Assembly: GCA_963666215.2 (NCBI GenBank)
Contig: CAXWPL010000002.1
Span: 192,001-256,000 of the forward strand
DNA length: 64,000 nucleotides
Reading direction: 5' to 3'
Source: Acidobacteriota bacterium
GTDB taxonomy: Bacteria; Acidobacteriota; UBA890; WLXD01
Shown piece after piece: positions 27,874 through 37,925 of this stretch. Positions within the stretch are counted from its first letter, which is position 1. Each line of letters begins with the position of its first letter. The notes beneath the pieces were generated by a model. It was not told the DNA's origin. It did no database searches and was given only the letters and a program-made list of their open reading frames with translations. The position numbers and the translations under genes were made by a program.

Positions 27874-28959
27874 ATGGGCAACGAGGAGTTCAGACTCACC
27901 AAGTTCGCCAGCGCCGGCGGGTGAGCCGCAAAGCGAAGTCCGGTGGACCTCGCACAGCTACTCGACGACCTGCGGCAGGCCGAAGGTGAGGCCGACCCTC
28001 GCCTGATCGTCGGGCTTTCAACGAACGACGACGCCGGCGTGTTTGCGCTGACCGATGAGATCGCCCTGGTGCACACCGCCGACGTGATCGCGCCTTTGAG
28101 CGACGATCCGTATCGCTTCGGGCAGATCGCCGCGGCCAACTCGCTTTCGGATGTGTACGCCATGGGAGCGGAGCCGCTGACCGCGCTGAATCTTGCTTTT
28201 TTCCCGAGCCCGTCAGCCGGAGTGCCGCCGGAGGCGTTGGGAGAGATTCTGCGTGGCGCCAGCGACACCGTGCGCGCGGCCGGAGCATTCCTCGTCGGCG
28301 GGCATACGGTTCGCGACGACGACATCAAGTTCGGCCTTTCGGTAACGGGAACCTGTCACCCCGATCGCGTGTTGACCAACGCCGGAGCGCGCCCGGGGGA
28401 GAGACTGGTACTCACCAAGCCGCTGGGAACCGGCTTGCTCGTCGACGCGTTGCGTCGTGGCTGGGTAACCGAGGCCGATCTTGCCGAGGCGCTCGACTGG
28501 ATGGCAGCCTTGAACGACATCTCCGGCCGCGCCGCCGTTGCTCACGGCGCCAGCGCCGCGACCGACGTCACCGGGTTCGCTTTGGCCGGGCACGCAGGAG
28601 AGATGGCCCGGGGGTCGGGAGTCGGGCTACGTCTCGAATACGATCGCCTGCCACGGTATTCGCAGGCGCTCGAGCTGATCGAGCGCGGCGGAAAAACCGG
28701 GCTCACCGGCGCCAACCGGGAGAGCGTCGCAGACTTGCTGCGGATCGATTCTGCGGGCTCGGTATCGGACACCGAGCAGGCGTTGCTGTTCGATCCACAG
28801 ACCTCGGGGGGGTTGTTGGTGTCGTTACCGCCCGAAGCCGCCGAAGCCTACGTGCTGGAACTACGGGAGGCGGGGAACACCGCCGCGGCGGTTGTCGGGG
28901 AAGTACTCGATACCGATTCGGATGGCCATGCCTTCCTGGAGGTGGTGCGCGGCGGATGA
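27874..28959 (+). CDS. selD: Selenophosphate synthetase, selenoprotein form (Sec at in-frame TGA 27922-27924)
   Basis: MGNEEFRLTKFASAGG-U-AAKRSP is in frame with DDAGV, AAANSLSDVYAMG, GGHT, TDVTGF and DPQTSGGLL. Confidence 0.93.
27933..27953 (+). promoter_or_regulatory. Bacterial SECIS hairpin of selD
   Basis: GCGAAGTCC-GGT-GGACCTCGC. The G-starting apical loop lies 17 nt after the UGA. Confidence 0.7.
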
Positions 28960-29352
28960 GGTCCGCTGCTGTCTCCGTAGCCGCCCACGGCGTTTGACGC
29001 AGGGGTCGACGTTGCTGGAGTGACCGATTGGCGCGACTGGTGGCGCGATCCGGGTGGTGTGTGGATTGACGGCCGGATGGACTCACCGACCGCGCACCCC
29101 GACTTGTATCGCGACCGCAGTCCAATCGAGCACGTCGATTCGCTGCAGCGCCCGCTGCTGTTGCTGCATGGCAGCGCCGACGGTCCGGTGCCGTGGCTCG
29201 AGAGTCTGAGGCTTATCGACGAGCTCGTGCGAGCGGGCAAGCCGTTCGAATCGATGGTGTACCCCGGCGAGACACACCTTTTTACGCACGAGCACACGTG
29301 GCTCGATGCGTTTCGTCGCGTCGAAGAGTTCTTCGAGCGCCACCTGCGCTAG
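28956..29352 (+). pseudogene. S9 (prolyl oligopeptidase / DPP-IV family) peptidase remnant
   Basis: Only the C-terminus survives: F.AGVDVAGVTDW, SPI, LLLHGSAD..V and YPGETH. No GxSxG serine motif and no propeller domain. Confidence 0.8.
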
Positions 29353-29817
29353 CTGGCCTCACCGCAGGTGGGGTGGCGCTCTTGCAGATCTCCGCCCGAT
29401 CGCCATCGGCGGCTATGAATGGGCCGTCCGCACCGCGTGGTCGACCGCACGATTGCACCTCATTTGAGACGATTGCGCGGGCTGTGCTACCTTTCGCCTT
29501 TGCGACTTTGTATGAAGGCACCCTGGACAAAGCCGAAACTCGGACCGCTCGGTCCTCCTGACCGATCTGCCGATAGTCTTTCCCCCGCGAGCGAGCTGGA
29601 GACTCCGAGCCCCGAGCTCATGACGGTGTTCGGTCCCGCGTGCGAGCCCATGACGAAACGCCTTCGAGCGGCCCTTCGGTGTCGCGTGCCCAGAGTGTCT
29701 GCTTCGTCTCCCTTCTCCACCCTGTCTGCCGTGTCCGCGCTTTATGCGTTGTCCATAGGCCAAGCCCGGTCGGGACCTGATGTGCGCGGTTGGCCGGCCG
29801 CACTGCGGCCGCAGACG

Positions 29818-31029
29818 ATGATGGTCTGCGTCCTCGCGATCGTCGTGGCGGCACTTTCAGTTGGCTCCGGCAGTCCGGCTTTCGCGGCCGCCCTGCAGCA
29901 GGAGCCAGCCCTCACGGTCCGATTGCTGGCGCCCTCATCGACCACCTACGTTTCGGGGCCCACCACGCTCAGCGCGTTGGTCACGCCCGTCGGTGACACC
30001 GCGATCGCACGAGTGACCTTCATCGTGGACAGCGCAACGGTGGCTGTGGTCACCGAGCCACCGTGGGAGGCGACCTGGGACGCCGGCGAGGAATTCGCGC
30101 GCCACCTCATTACCGTGCAGGTGGTCGACGTTACTGGACGTCAGGCCGAAGACACCGTCGTCACGCGCGATCTGGAGACAGCGGTCTTCCGTTCCGAAGT
30201 CTCGGCAGTGGTGTTGAACGTCAGCGCCGTCGACGGTCGTGGCGCTCTGGTTGCCGACCTCACCAAGGAGGATTTCGAGGTCTTCGAGGACGGCAAGAAG
30301 CAGGTGATCACACACTTCTCGCCCGAGCCGCGACCCATGGTGATCGGGCTGTTGCTCGATACTTCGGGGAGCATGCAAGGCGCCAAGATGGAGCGCGCGC
30401 GGCAGGGAGCCGTGGCGTTTCTGGGAGAGCTTGGCGATGAGGACGAGGCGTTCCTGATGACCTTCGATTCCTTTCCCGACCTCAAGCAAGACCTCACGGG
30501 TAACAAGGCACTGCTCCGAGATGCCATCAACGGACTGACCGTCGGCGGCGCGACGTCGCTCAATCTTGCCGTCGTCGACGGCTCTGACATTCTGGTGGAA
30601 CGACCCGAACGACGCGCCCTGATCGTCCTCTCGGACGGCTATGACACCACGCAGACGGTCAGCGTCGACCAGGCGGTTGACTACGCTCGCCGACAGGACG
30701 TTCGCGTGTACACGATCGGCGTGTTCGAATCGCGCCTTGGCGGCGGCGGTGGATCGAACTTTCGCCGCGGCTTTGACACTATCAACCCTGGCGAGAACAG
30801 TCTGCGCTCCTTTGCCGATGGCACGGGAGCCAGCACCATTCTTTTGAATTCCCTTGGAGAGTTGGCCGACGCCTATGCCAAAATCGCCCGCGAGCTCAAG
30901 AGCCAGTACGCGCTGGCGTACCGCCCGTCGAACTTGCCCAAGCCGGGTGAGTGGCACGACATCGAGGTCCGCGCCAAAGGCGCCAAGGAAGTACGAACCA
31001 AGCCAGGATACTTCGGTAGCCAGTACTAG
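29818..31029 (+). CDS. Exported Ig-like plus VWA domain protein
   Basis: Signal peptide, Ig-like domain, FRSEV..V.LNV, MIDAS DTSGS, LSDGYD and ELKSQY.LAY. Start uncertain (29512 to 29818). Confidence 0.85.
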   Translation: MMVCVLAIVVAALSVGSGSPAFAAALQQEPALTVRLLAPSSTTYVSGPTTLSALVTPVGDTAIARVTFIVDSATVAVVTEPPWEATWDAGEEFARHLITVQVVDVTGRQAEDTVVTRDLETAVFRSEVSAVVLNVSAVDGRGALVADLTKEDFEVFEDGKKQVITHFSPEPRPMVIGLLLDTSGSMQGAKMERARQGAVAFLGELGDEDEAFLMTFDSFPDLKQDLTGNKALLRDAINGLTVGGATSLNLAVVDGSDILVERPERRALIVLSDGYDTTQTVSVDQAVDYARRQDVRVYTIGVFESRLGGGGGSNFRRGFDTINPGENSLRSFADGTGASTILLNSLGELADAYAKIARELKSQYALAYRPSNLPKPGEWHDIEVRAKGAKEVRTKPGYFGSQY

Positions 31030-31057
31030 CCCGGCGAAGCATCAGCTTCCCGAGCCG

Positions 31058-31636
31058 TTGGTTTCGCTCACCGCGGTCGCGAGCCTGACGCTTGCTAGCC
31101 TGCTGGGTCTGGGTATCGGTGCATCGGTTGCTTCCGAGGCTTCGCGGACTTCAGCCGCCGGGCTCACCACCAGCTCGATCCTCCAGGGCTTGACCGTCGA
31201 CGAGCTCCAGAGCCAAGCCGAGCTCGTGGTCAGCGCGCGCGCGTTGCGCTCGCGCACAATCGTGACCAACGGCCGCGTGGAAACCGAGACCGTCGTACGG
31301 GTCGAGCGAGCTTTTGTTGGTGAGGCCGGACGCACGTTGCGGGTGCGAGTTCCCGGGGGTCGCCTGCAGGACGGCCGAGTTGTACGCGTACCGGGCGCGC
31401 CTCAACTGACGCCGGGTGAGCCGGTGTTGCTCTTTCTCAGTCGTTCCGCCTCGAGCGCCGCCTGGACCCCTGTCGGGCTGTTCCAGGGTGTCTGGCGCCT
31501 CGACCCTGCTCATCCGGAGCTTGCGTGGGCCAGCAGCGCCTCGGGCGCCCTGTTGTTGCCTTCATCGGCCGGTGAGGCGGCCGTAGATCGGAGAAGAAGA
31601 TCGCTAGCCCGCCTGCTTGCGGGAGGTGGCCGATGA
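31058..31636 (+). CDS. Exported OB/TIMP-like protein of the kind often paired with matrixins
   Basis: Signal peptide, L..AELVV.., VRVPGG....VPGAP.L.PGE.VLLFL and GLFQG. ATGA overlap with the next gene. Confidence 0.7.
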   Translation: MVSLTAVASLTLASLLGLGIGASVASEASRTSAAGLTTSSILQGLTVDELQSQAELVVSARALRSRTIVTNGRVETETVVRVERAFVGEAGRTLRVRVPGGRLQDGRVVRVPGAPQLTPGEPVLLFLSRSASSAAWTPVGLFQGVWRLDPAHPELAWASSASGALLLPSSAGEAAVDRRRRSLARLLAGGGR

Positions 31637-32730
31637 CGAGGATGAGGAGCGGCGACGACGCTGTGCAAACCGACATCGTGCGAGCCTCAGAGCGCTCAGC
31701 CAGCCCAAGCTGCACGCACGGCTCGCGGATCGCGTGGCGCCTCAGCGTGGGAACCGCCGCGCTGGTGCTCGTGCTACTGACGACGGTGGCTCCCGCGCCG
31801 GCCTATGTGCGAGGCACGATCGACTTCGTCGACGGCGCGCCTGTGTTCTCGCGCTGGTCGACAGATGCGTTTCCACTCGGGTTCCAGGTAACAACCGGGC
31901 TCACCAACGACATCGGTGGAACAGCCGACCGCGACGCGCTTGTTGCGGCGCTGGGAACGTGGACTGCGGCCCCAGACTCCACGGTTTCCCTTTTTCTGGC
32001 TGGCGAGGGTGATGTTGAGGCGGGAGTGCTCGACGGCGTGAACGCACTCGAGTTTTCCAATGCCGCGGCTCTCGACAATGCCGGGTTTTCGGCGCTCGCC
32101 TTCTTTCTCAGCGACCCGGACGGGACGATCACCGAGGCCGATTTGCTCATCAACGACCGTCGCTTCGGCTTCGCCACCGATGGCGGCAACGTGGGCCTGG
32201 ATCTCGAGACTTTCATGGTGCGTCAGCTGGGCAGCCTGTTGGGGCTCGACAGCTCGCCTCTCGGCGGTCCCGATCCGGACGACTTCAGCATGCTCAGCGG
32301 CGATACCTCCGTCATGTTTCCAGTAACGCGCGGGATCGGCGATCTGGCACGCGCGCTGAGGCAGGACGACATCGCAGGCATCGCAGCGCTGTATCCTCTG
32401 GCGGGCTCCTCGCGGGGTGCGATTCGAGGTCGCGTTGCCCGGCAAGGTAGCCCTGTGTTCGGTGCCCACGTCGTGGCCTTTGACCCGGCAAGCCAGGTTC
32501 TGGTGGGCGCCGTCAGCCTGCCCGACGGGAGCTTCTCACTCGAGGGCCTGCCGCCCGGCCGATACCTGATCCAGACGGTTCCGCTCAACAACCAGGCCGG
32601 CCCGGCCACGCTTGGCGGTATTTTCGCTCTTGGAACGCTCAATACGAGCTTCCGAGCGGCATTCCATTCAGATGTCATTCGATTGTCGGCGGGCGCTACT
32701 ATCACCGGCCTGACGTTGGAGGTGCTTTGA
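31633..32730 (+). CDS. Matrixin (M10)-like plus carboxypeptidase-regulatory domain protein, zinc motif degenerate
   Basis: ITEADLLIN, DLE..., Met-turn SVMFP, L..DDIAGIAALYP and GAHVVA. HExxHxxGxxH reads RQLGSLLGLDS. Confidence 0.85.
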   Translation: MTRMRSGDDAVQTDIVRASERSASPSCTHGSRIAWRLSVGTAALVLVLLTTVAPAPAYVRGTIDFVDGAPVFSRWSTDAFPLGFQVTTGLTNDIGGTADRDALVAALGTWTAAPDSTVSLFLAGEGDVEAGVLDGVNALEFSNAAALDNAGFSALAFFLSDPDGTITEADLLINDRRFGFATDGGNVGLDLETFMVRQLGSLLGLDSSPLGGPDPDDFSMLSGDTSVMFPVTRGIGDLARALRQDDIAGIAALYPLAGSSRGAIRGRVARQGSPVFGAHVVAFDPASQVLVGAVSLPDGSFSLEGLPPGRYLIQTVPLNNQAGPATLGGIFALGTLNTSFRAAFHSDVIRLSAGATITGLTLEVL

Positions 32731-33548
32731 GTAGCGCGGCGAAGGGACCAAGCCCCCGCAAGGGGCAGGTGGCTCTGGACGACACCGTTACGGGCCTCGT
32801 CCGTGGCATGGCGGGAGCAGGGCTGGGGCTCTGCACGGCAGTGGCGATCATCGTCGCTCAGCTGCTCAGCCCGGCGGCCGCGTGGGCGCAAGGCGCTTCG
32901 GAGAGTGGCGAAAGCTCTCAGGCGGAGGCGCAGCAGGAGGCGCAGGACGTACGTCGATCGCCCTCGCAATACGACGATGACGAAGGTGATCACCGTAGCT
33001 ATTCGGTGGGAGCCTTCAGCGGTGTGATGGCCGGCGGCACCTCGCTCGGCAGCTCACAGAATCTCTTTTTTCGCAGCACGTTCGAGCAGGGGAGCTCGGG
33101 CTTGTTCGGCGGGCGTATCGGCTATGCGCTGGCGACGCGCCTCGACCTGGATGTCGAGTTCGGCACCGGTTCTCCGGGCCTCGACGTCATCCTGAGTGAT
33201 CTGTCGGGCCAGGGGAGAACCGAGTTCGAGTTCGCGGACCTCGATTCGACCTACGTCGCTGGCAGTCTGCGTTACGGCATGGTGCGACGCAGTGCGCGCT
33301 TGGTTCCGTTCCTAACGGCGGGACTCGTGGTCGTTTCCCTGAGCTCGAGCACCGAGCCGGGCCTCGATTCGAGCAGCGTGGGCGCTCTCTTCGGCGCGGG
33401 TCTGTTGCTCCGCCTGGCCGATAGCCTCAAGCTGCGAGTCGATGCGCGAGGGCTGCGCGCGGGTGGTGTCGGCGACGGGGCGCCGTTCACCGACCGGCTC
33501 AACTCCACGCAGATCTTCTGGACGGGCGGGCTGAGCTACGAGTTCTGA
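32727..33548 (+). CDS. Outer-membrane beta-barrel protein (OmpA-like 8-strand type)
   Basis: Alternating amphipathic strands and C-terminal GLSYEF BAM signal. Confidence 0.75.
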   Translation: MSSAAKGPSPRKGQVALDDTVTGLVRGMAGAGLGLCTAVAIIVAQLLSPAAAWAQGASESGESSQAEAQQEAQDVRRSPSQYDDDEGDHRSYSVGAFSGVMAGGTSLGSSQNLFFRSTFEQGSSGLFGGRIGYALATRLDLDVEFGTGSPGLDVILSDLSGQGRTEFEFADLDSTYVAGSLRYGMVRRSARLVPFLTAGLVVVSLSSSTEPGLDSSSVGALFGAGLLLRLADSLKLRVDARGLRAGGVGDGAPFTDRLNSTQIFWTGGLSYEF

Positions 33549-33628
33549 CGTTCCGCTGCGCGGACGCCACCGCAGGCAGCCGCGGGGTTGTGAGGGAGCG
33601 GCGTTCGCGCCATATGCGCCGGTTCGCC

Positions 33629-34144
33629 CTAGTTCGCCTCGATGGGCGTGGTGCCAAGGAGTCGGCCGAGCGCGGCGAACATCTCGCGCTCGATCACGCC
33701 GGTTGAGCGCAGCACCTGGTAGCCGAACTCCTCGTTGATGTAGCCCTCCACCCGGGTAACGACCTTCACCCGGGTGCTCTCGTTGCGCACGCCGCGCACC
33801 GTTAGAGTGACGGTGTAGCGGCCGCCGATGAAGCCACCTGCCCCGGTGATCGCCACACGGTCGAGATGATCGGTGGGCTTGTCTCCAGTGTCTGGAAAGA
33901 CGCGGAAGCCGCTCTCCACCAGACAGGCGTTGTCCTCTTGGCGCGATTCTTTGACGCTCAACCCGAACTCGGCGATCACCGATTCGGCGGCCGCGCAGGC
34001 ACCGCTGAATTCGGCGTCGTAGATCCGGTTCGTGTTCAGCGGCTCGATACGCGGCTGGCGCCAGTGAATGGTGCAGGCGGGCAGCGACAGAAGCATCAGG
34101 GCCAAAGTCAGGCAGGCGCGGTAACGCGAAGAAAACCGGTCCAT
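33629..34144 (-). CDS. Lipoprotein, BamC/NlpB-like fold possible
   Basis: LSLPAC lipobox and C-terminal STGVIEREMF. Confidence 0.65.
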   Translation of the reverse strand: MDRFSSRYRACLTLALMLLSLPACTIHWRQPRIEPLNTNRIYDAEFSGACAAAESVIAEFGLSVKESRQEDNACLVESGFRVFPDTGDKPTDHLDRVAITGAGGFIGGRYTVTLTVRGVRNESTRVKVVTRVEGYINEEFGYQVLRSTGVIEREMFAALGRLLGTTPIEAN

Positions 34145-34226
34145 CGTGCTCTCAGTCAGGGGGGTGTGGATGTCGGGCGCCGGGTGGTTCTCGGAGGCGG
34201 GCAGCGCTTGACGCCTCGCAGGCTGA

Positions 34227-34385
34227 TCAGGCGTCTTCGTCGTTGCCTCCGCGCATCGCGGCCTTGAAGTTCTGGATTCCACGACCCAGGCCACGACCGA
34301 CCTCGGGCAACTTGCGAGCGCCGAACAGCAGCATGACGATCAAGAACAAGAGCAGCAGTTCGGTGGGACCGATGGAGCCGAGCAT
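34227..34385 (-). CDS. tatA: Twin-arginine translocase subunit TatA/E
   Basis: [44 protein letters not shown]. Confidence 0.93.
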   Translation of the reverse strand: MLGSIGPTELLLLFLIVMLLFGARKLPEVGRGLGRGIQNFKAAMRGGNDEDA

Positions 34386-34532
34386 GGCGGCGCACCTCCT
34401 GAAGGTTGTTGCCCATAATAGGCGCGGGCCGACAGCCCGGTCAACGATGGCGGCCGACAACACGGTGAGCGGTCTCTCGTGGGTGGACGGCGCGGTGGCA
34501 CGCAGCGTGCCTTCTGGACGCCTTGCGGGTGC

Positions 34533-36518
34533 CTACAGCCGCTCGCGTACGTTGCCGACACGTCGTGTGATTCGCCGTCCGTCGAGATACTCGAGCAGCG
34601 GGATCGCGTGCTTGCGGGTGACGCCCGCCCAATCCTTGAAGTCGGCCACCGAGAACTGCTCGCCGCGGGGGTACTGCTGGCGCAATCCGTCGACCAGGCG
34701 CTCGAGCGCCTCCTGGTGGAACGTCATTCCGTCCTTGAGCCGCACCAGTTCTCCCTGGTGGATCAGCAGTTGAAGCACCTCGCGTCCACGATCACCGCTC
34801 CCGGCCTCCACGCCGTCGCCGCCCGCCAACGCCTCTTCCAACGATGGCGGCTTCAGGCGGGCCTTGGCGAAGCTCGCGAGCAGGCCGGCGCGTAACTCTT
34901 CGAGATCGTCGTCGAGGACTACCCGGTGTCGTACCGCCGCTACGCCGTCGAGCTCGACGCGGACGCGCTCGTGCTGCTCCAGGCGCGCAATCGCTGCCTC
35001 GAAGATCGCCACCGCGAGCTGCGGCGCCACTGCCGAGCGCAGCTCCTCCTTGGGCATCGTGGGCCGAAGCGGGTGGGTCGCGTGATAGGCCGCGACGGTG
35101 TCGTTGATCGTCGTCATGAGGCCCTCGAGCGCCTCCGGAGCGACCGCACGTGGCGGCGAGCTCTCGATGAGCTCCGCTACGCCGTCGGCTGCCGCGCGCT
35201 CGAGAAGCTCTGTTACGGCGGCCGCGGGTTGAGCATGGCGCGTTGCCAGGTCATTGAGCGTGAGCCCGCTCGGACCGGCCTCGCCGATCCACGTCGCCAT
35301 GCGGTCGATGTCGGAGCCGTTCTCGAGGCGCCTCAGCGTGGTGGCAACGGCCAGGTCGGCGCCGCGGTGCTTGGCCGGGACGGGATCGATCACTACACCG
35401 CCGCCGATGGTGGTGACCGGCGAGTAGCGTCGCAGGATAAAACGATCACCGGGCGCGACCGGGTAGGGGCTTTCGAGTCGTAGCTGTACGAGTCCGCTGC
35501 CCCCAGCCGGGAGCTTGGCTCTCTCGGAGAGGTTGTGTGCGCCGGCGGTGGCATCGTCGGCTTCTCCGGATTCCTCGGAATCCGAGAGCAGGGCGACGCG
35601 ACACAGCACCTCGGCCGCCCCGTGGTGAAACCGCAGGCGCTGGAGGTGCTTGAGCGCGCCAGCGTCCGGCAGCAGGCGAACACGAGCGTCGATGAGGTGG
35701 CTGGCGCGCAGCGACGACGGATGTCCGATGACCGTGCCGCGGTCGATCTGCTCGCGGCCCACGCCGTGGAGGTTCAGCGCCAGCCGCTGGCCGGCTTCAG
35801 CGGCCGACTCGGCGACGCCGTGCACCTGAATCCCGCGCACCGTCGCGCTGAGCCCATCGGGCAGTATCTCGACCCGCTCTCCCACTTCCACTCGACCGCC
35901 GAGCAGAGTGCCGGTAACCACCGTGCCGAACCCCTTCATGGTGAAGACGCGGTCGACCGGGAGCCGCAGCAGGCCGTTCGAGGCACGTGCCGGGCTGGCG
36001 GACAGACAGCGCTCGAGCGCTGCGCGGAGCTCGTCGATGCCGGCTCCCGTGGTTACGCTCGTGTGTACGATCTCGACGTCGCTCAACGAGCTGTGGGACG
36101 TATCTTCGAGCAGCTCGCTGATCTCGAGCTCGACCAGTTCGATCATCTCGCTATCGACGAGGTCGGCCTTGGTGATTGCCACCACCCCACGCTCGACTCC
36201 CAGGAGCTGGCAGATCGCCAGGTGTTCGCGCGTCTGCGGCATGATCGATTCGTCTGCGGCGACCACCATCAACACGGCGTCAATCCCGCCGACGCCCGCC
36301 AGCATGTTCTTGACGAAGCGCTCATGGCCCGGAACGTCGATGAACGCGAGGCGCAGCCCGCCTGGGAGCGTGGCGTGCGCGAAGCCCAAGTCGATCGTGA
36401 TGCCGCGGTCCTGCTCCTCCTGCAGGCGATCAGGATCGGTGCCGGTGAGCGTCTTCACAAGAGCGCTCTTGCCGTGATCGATATGTCCGGCGGTGCCGAC
36501 GACTCGGTAGTTGTCCAA
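34533..36518 (-). CDS. selB: Selenocysteine-specific elongation factor
   Basis: GTAGHIDHGKS, DVPGHERF, MPQTREH, winged helices and C-terminal TRKHAIPLLEYLD. Confidence 0.97.
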   Translation of the reverse strand: MDNYRVVGTAGHIDHGKSALVKTLTGTDPDRLQEEQDRGITIDLGFAHATLPGGLRLAFIDVPGHERFVKNMLAGVGGIDAVLMVVAADESIMPQTREHLAICQLLGVERGVVAITKADLVDSEMIELVELEISELLEDTSHSSLSDVEIVHTSVTTGAGIDELRAALERCLSASPARASNGLLRLPVDRVFTMKGFGTVVTGTLLGGRVEVGERVEILPDGLSATVRGIQVHGVAESAAEAGQRLALNLHGVGREQIDRGTVIGHPSSLRASHLIDARVRLLPDAGALKHLQRLRFHHGAAEVLCRVALLSDSEESGEADDATAGAHNLSERAKLPAGGSGLVQLRLESPYPVAPGDRFILRRYSPVTTIGGGVVIDPVPAKHRGADLAVATTLRRLENGSDIDRMATWIGEAGPSGLTLNDLATRHAQPAAAVTELLERAAADGVAELIESSPPRAVAPEALEGLMTTINDTVAAYHATHPLRPTMPKEELRSAVAPQLAVAIFEAAIARLEQHERVRVELDGVAAVRHRVVLDDDLEELRAGLLASFAKARLKPPSLEEALAGGDGVEAGSGDRGREVLQLLIHQGELVRLKDGMTFHQEALERLVDGLRQQYPRGEQFSVADFKDWAGVTRKHAIPLLEYLDGRRITRRVGNVRERL

Positions 36519-36709
36519 CGCGATCTTCCAGGAGTCGAGACGCGAGCTCGATGTGGGCTACGAAGGTCGAGGACGAGTCTAGTGCCTCACCCTCGGCCGC
36601 GCGTGAGCCGCCCTGAGCCGAGTACGCGCGGCTCTTGCGCCGAGCTCGGACACTGCCCGGGGTGGCCGTCGCGCTTGTCGGCTGTCGGCTACGCCGTTAA
36701 GCTCGCGAC

Positions 36710-37894
36710 ATGTTCGACGCACATATCGTTGCCTCCGCGCGGACTCCCAGTGGCCGTCTCCTGGGAGCGCTGAGCTCGCTTCCAGCCACACAGCTCGGAG
36801 CCATCGCCACGCGCGCGGTTGTGGAGCGTGCGGGGCTCGATCCGGGCGACGTTGATGAAGTGATCATGGGCCAGGTTATCCAGGCCGGTGGCGGGCAAAA
36901 CCCGGCTCGTCAGGCGGCGTTGGGCGCCGGGTTGCCCAGCAGTGTCGCGGCGATGACGCTCAACAAGGTGTGCGGCTCGAGCCTCAAGGCCGTCGTGCTG
37001 GCGACCCAGGCGATTCGACTCGGCGACGCTCACTGCATCGTCGCCGGCGGCCAGGAGAGCATGTCGAATGGGCCCTTTCTCCTGACGAAGGCCCGTTCTG
37101 GCTACCGACTGGGCCACGGCCAGCTCGTCGATGCCACCGTCCATGACGGCCTCTGGTGCGCCTTCAACGACTATCACATGGGCCTCACAGGTGAGGTTGT
37201 TGCCGAGCGCTACGACGTGTCGCGCGAGGACCAGGACGCCTGGGGCCTACGCTCGCACGAGCGTGCCGGTGCGGCGGCGGCAGCAGGCGAGTTCGACGAC
37301 GAGATCGTTGCGGTGGAGATTCCACAGCGCAAGGGCGATCCGAAGATCATGCGAGCCGACGAGACCATTCGCGCCGACACCAGCGCCGAGGCGCTCGGGA
37401 GGTTACGGCCGGTATTCAAGCCGGACGGCACGGTAACCGCCGGAAACGCGCCTGGCGTCAACGACGGTGGTGCCGCCGTGGTCGTCATGTCCGCCGAAGA
37501 GACCGCACGGAGAGGGCTGCAGAGCCTCGGGCGGGTGGTTGCCTACGCCACAAGCGGGGTGGAGCCGGAGTTGGTGATGATGGCGCCTGTGGGCGCTGTG
37601 GAGCAGGTGCTCGCCAAAACCGGCTGGTCGCGCGACGAAGTCGACTTGTGGGAGCTCAATGAGGCCTTCGCGGCGCAGTCGGTGGCACTAGCCCGCGAGC
37701 TCAGGCTTGATACCGAGCGCATCAACGTTCGCGGCGGGGCGATCGCGCTCGGACACCCGATTGGTGCTTCCGGGGCGCGCATCTTGACGACGCTGCTGCA
37801 CACCATGCGCGATCGCGACGCGCGGAGGGGAATCGCCGCGATGTGCCTCGGCGGCGGCAACGCTGTCGCCCTGGCCATTGAGCGGCAAGACTAG
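36710..37894 (+). CDS. Acetyl-CoA C-acetyltransferase (thiolase)
   Basis: [19 protein letters not shown] and CLGGG. Confidence 0.96.
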   Translation: MFDAHIVASARTPSGRLLGALSSLPATQLGAIATRAVVERAGLDPGDVDEVIMGQVIQAGGGQNPARQAALGAGLPSSVAAMTLNKVCGSSLKAVVLATQAIRLGDAHCIVAGGQESMSNGPFLLTKARSGYRLGHGQLVDATVHDGLWCAFNDYHMGLTGEVVAERYDVSREDQDAWGLRSHERAGAAAAAGEFDDEIVAVEIPQRKGDPKIMRADETIRADTSAEALGRLRPVFKPDGTVTAGNAPGVNDGGAAVVVMSAEETARRGLQSLGRVVAYATSGVEPELVMMAPVGAVEQVLAKTGWSRDEVDLWELNEAFAAQSVALARELRLDTERINVRGGAIALGHPIGASGARILTTLLHTMRDRDARRGIAAMCLGGGNAVALAIERQD

Positions 37895-37925
37895 AGCGCT
37901 GGAAATCACGAGTCGGGTGGGCTGA

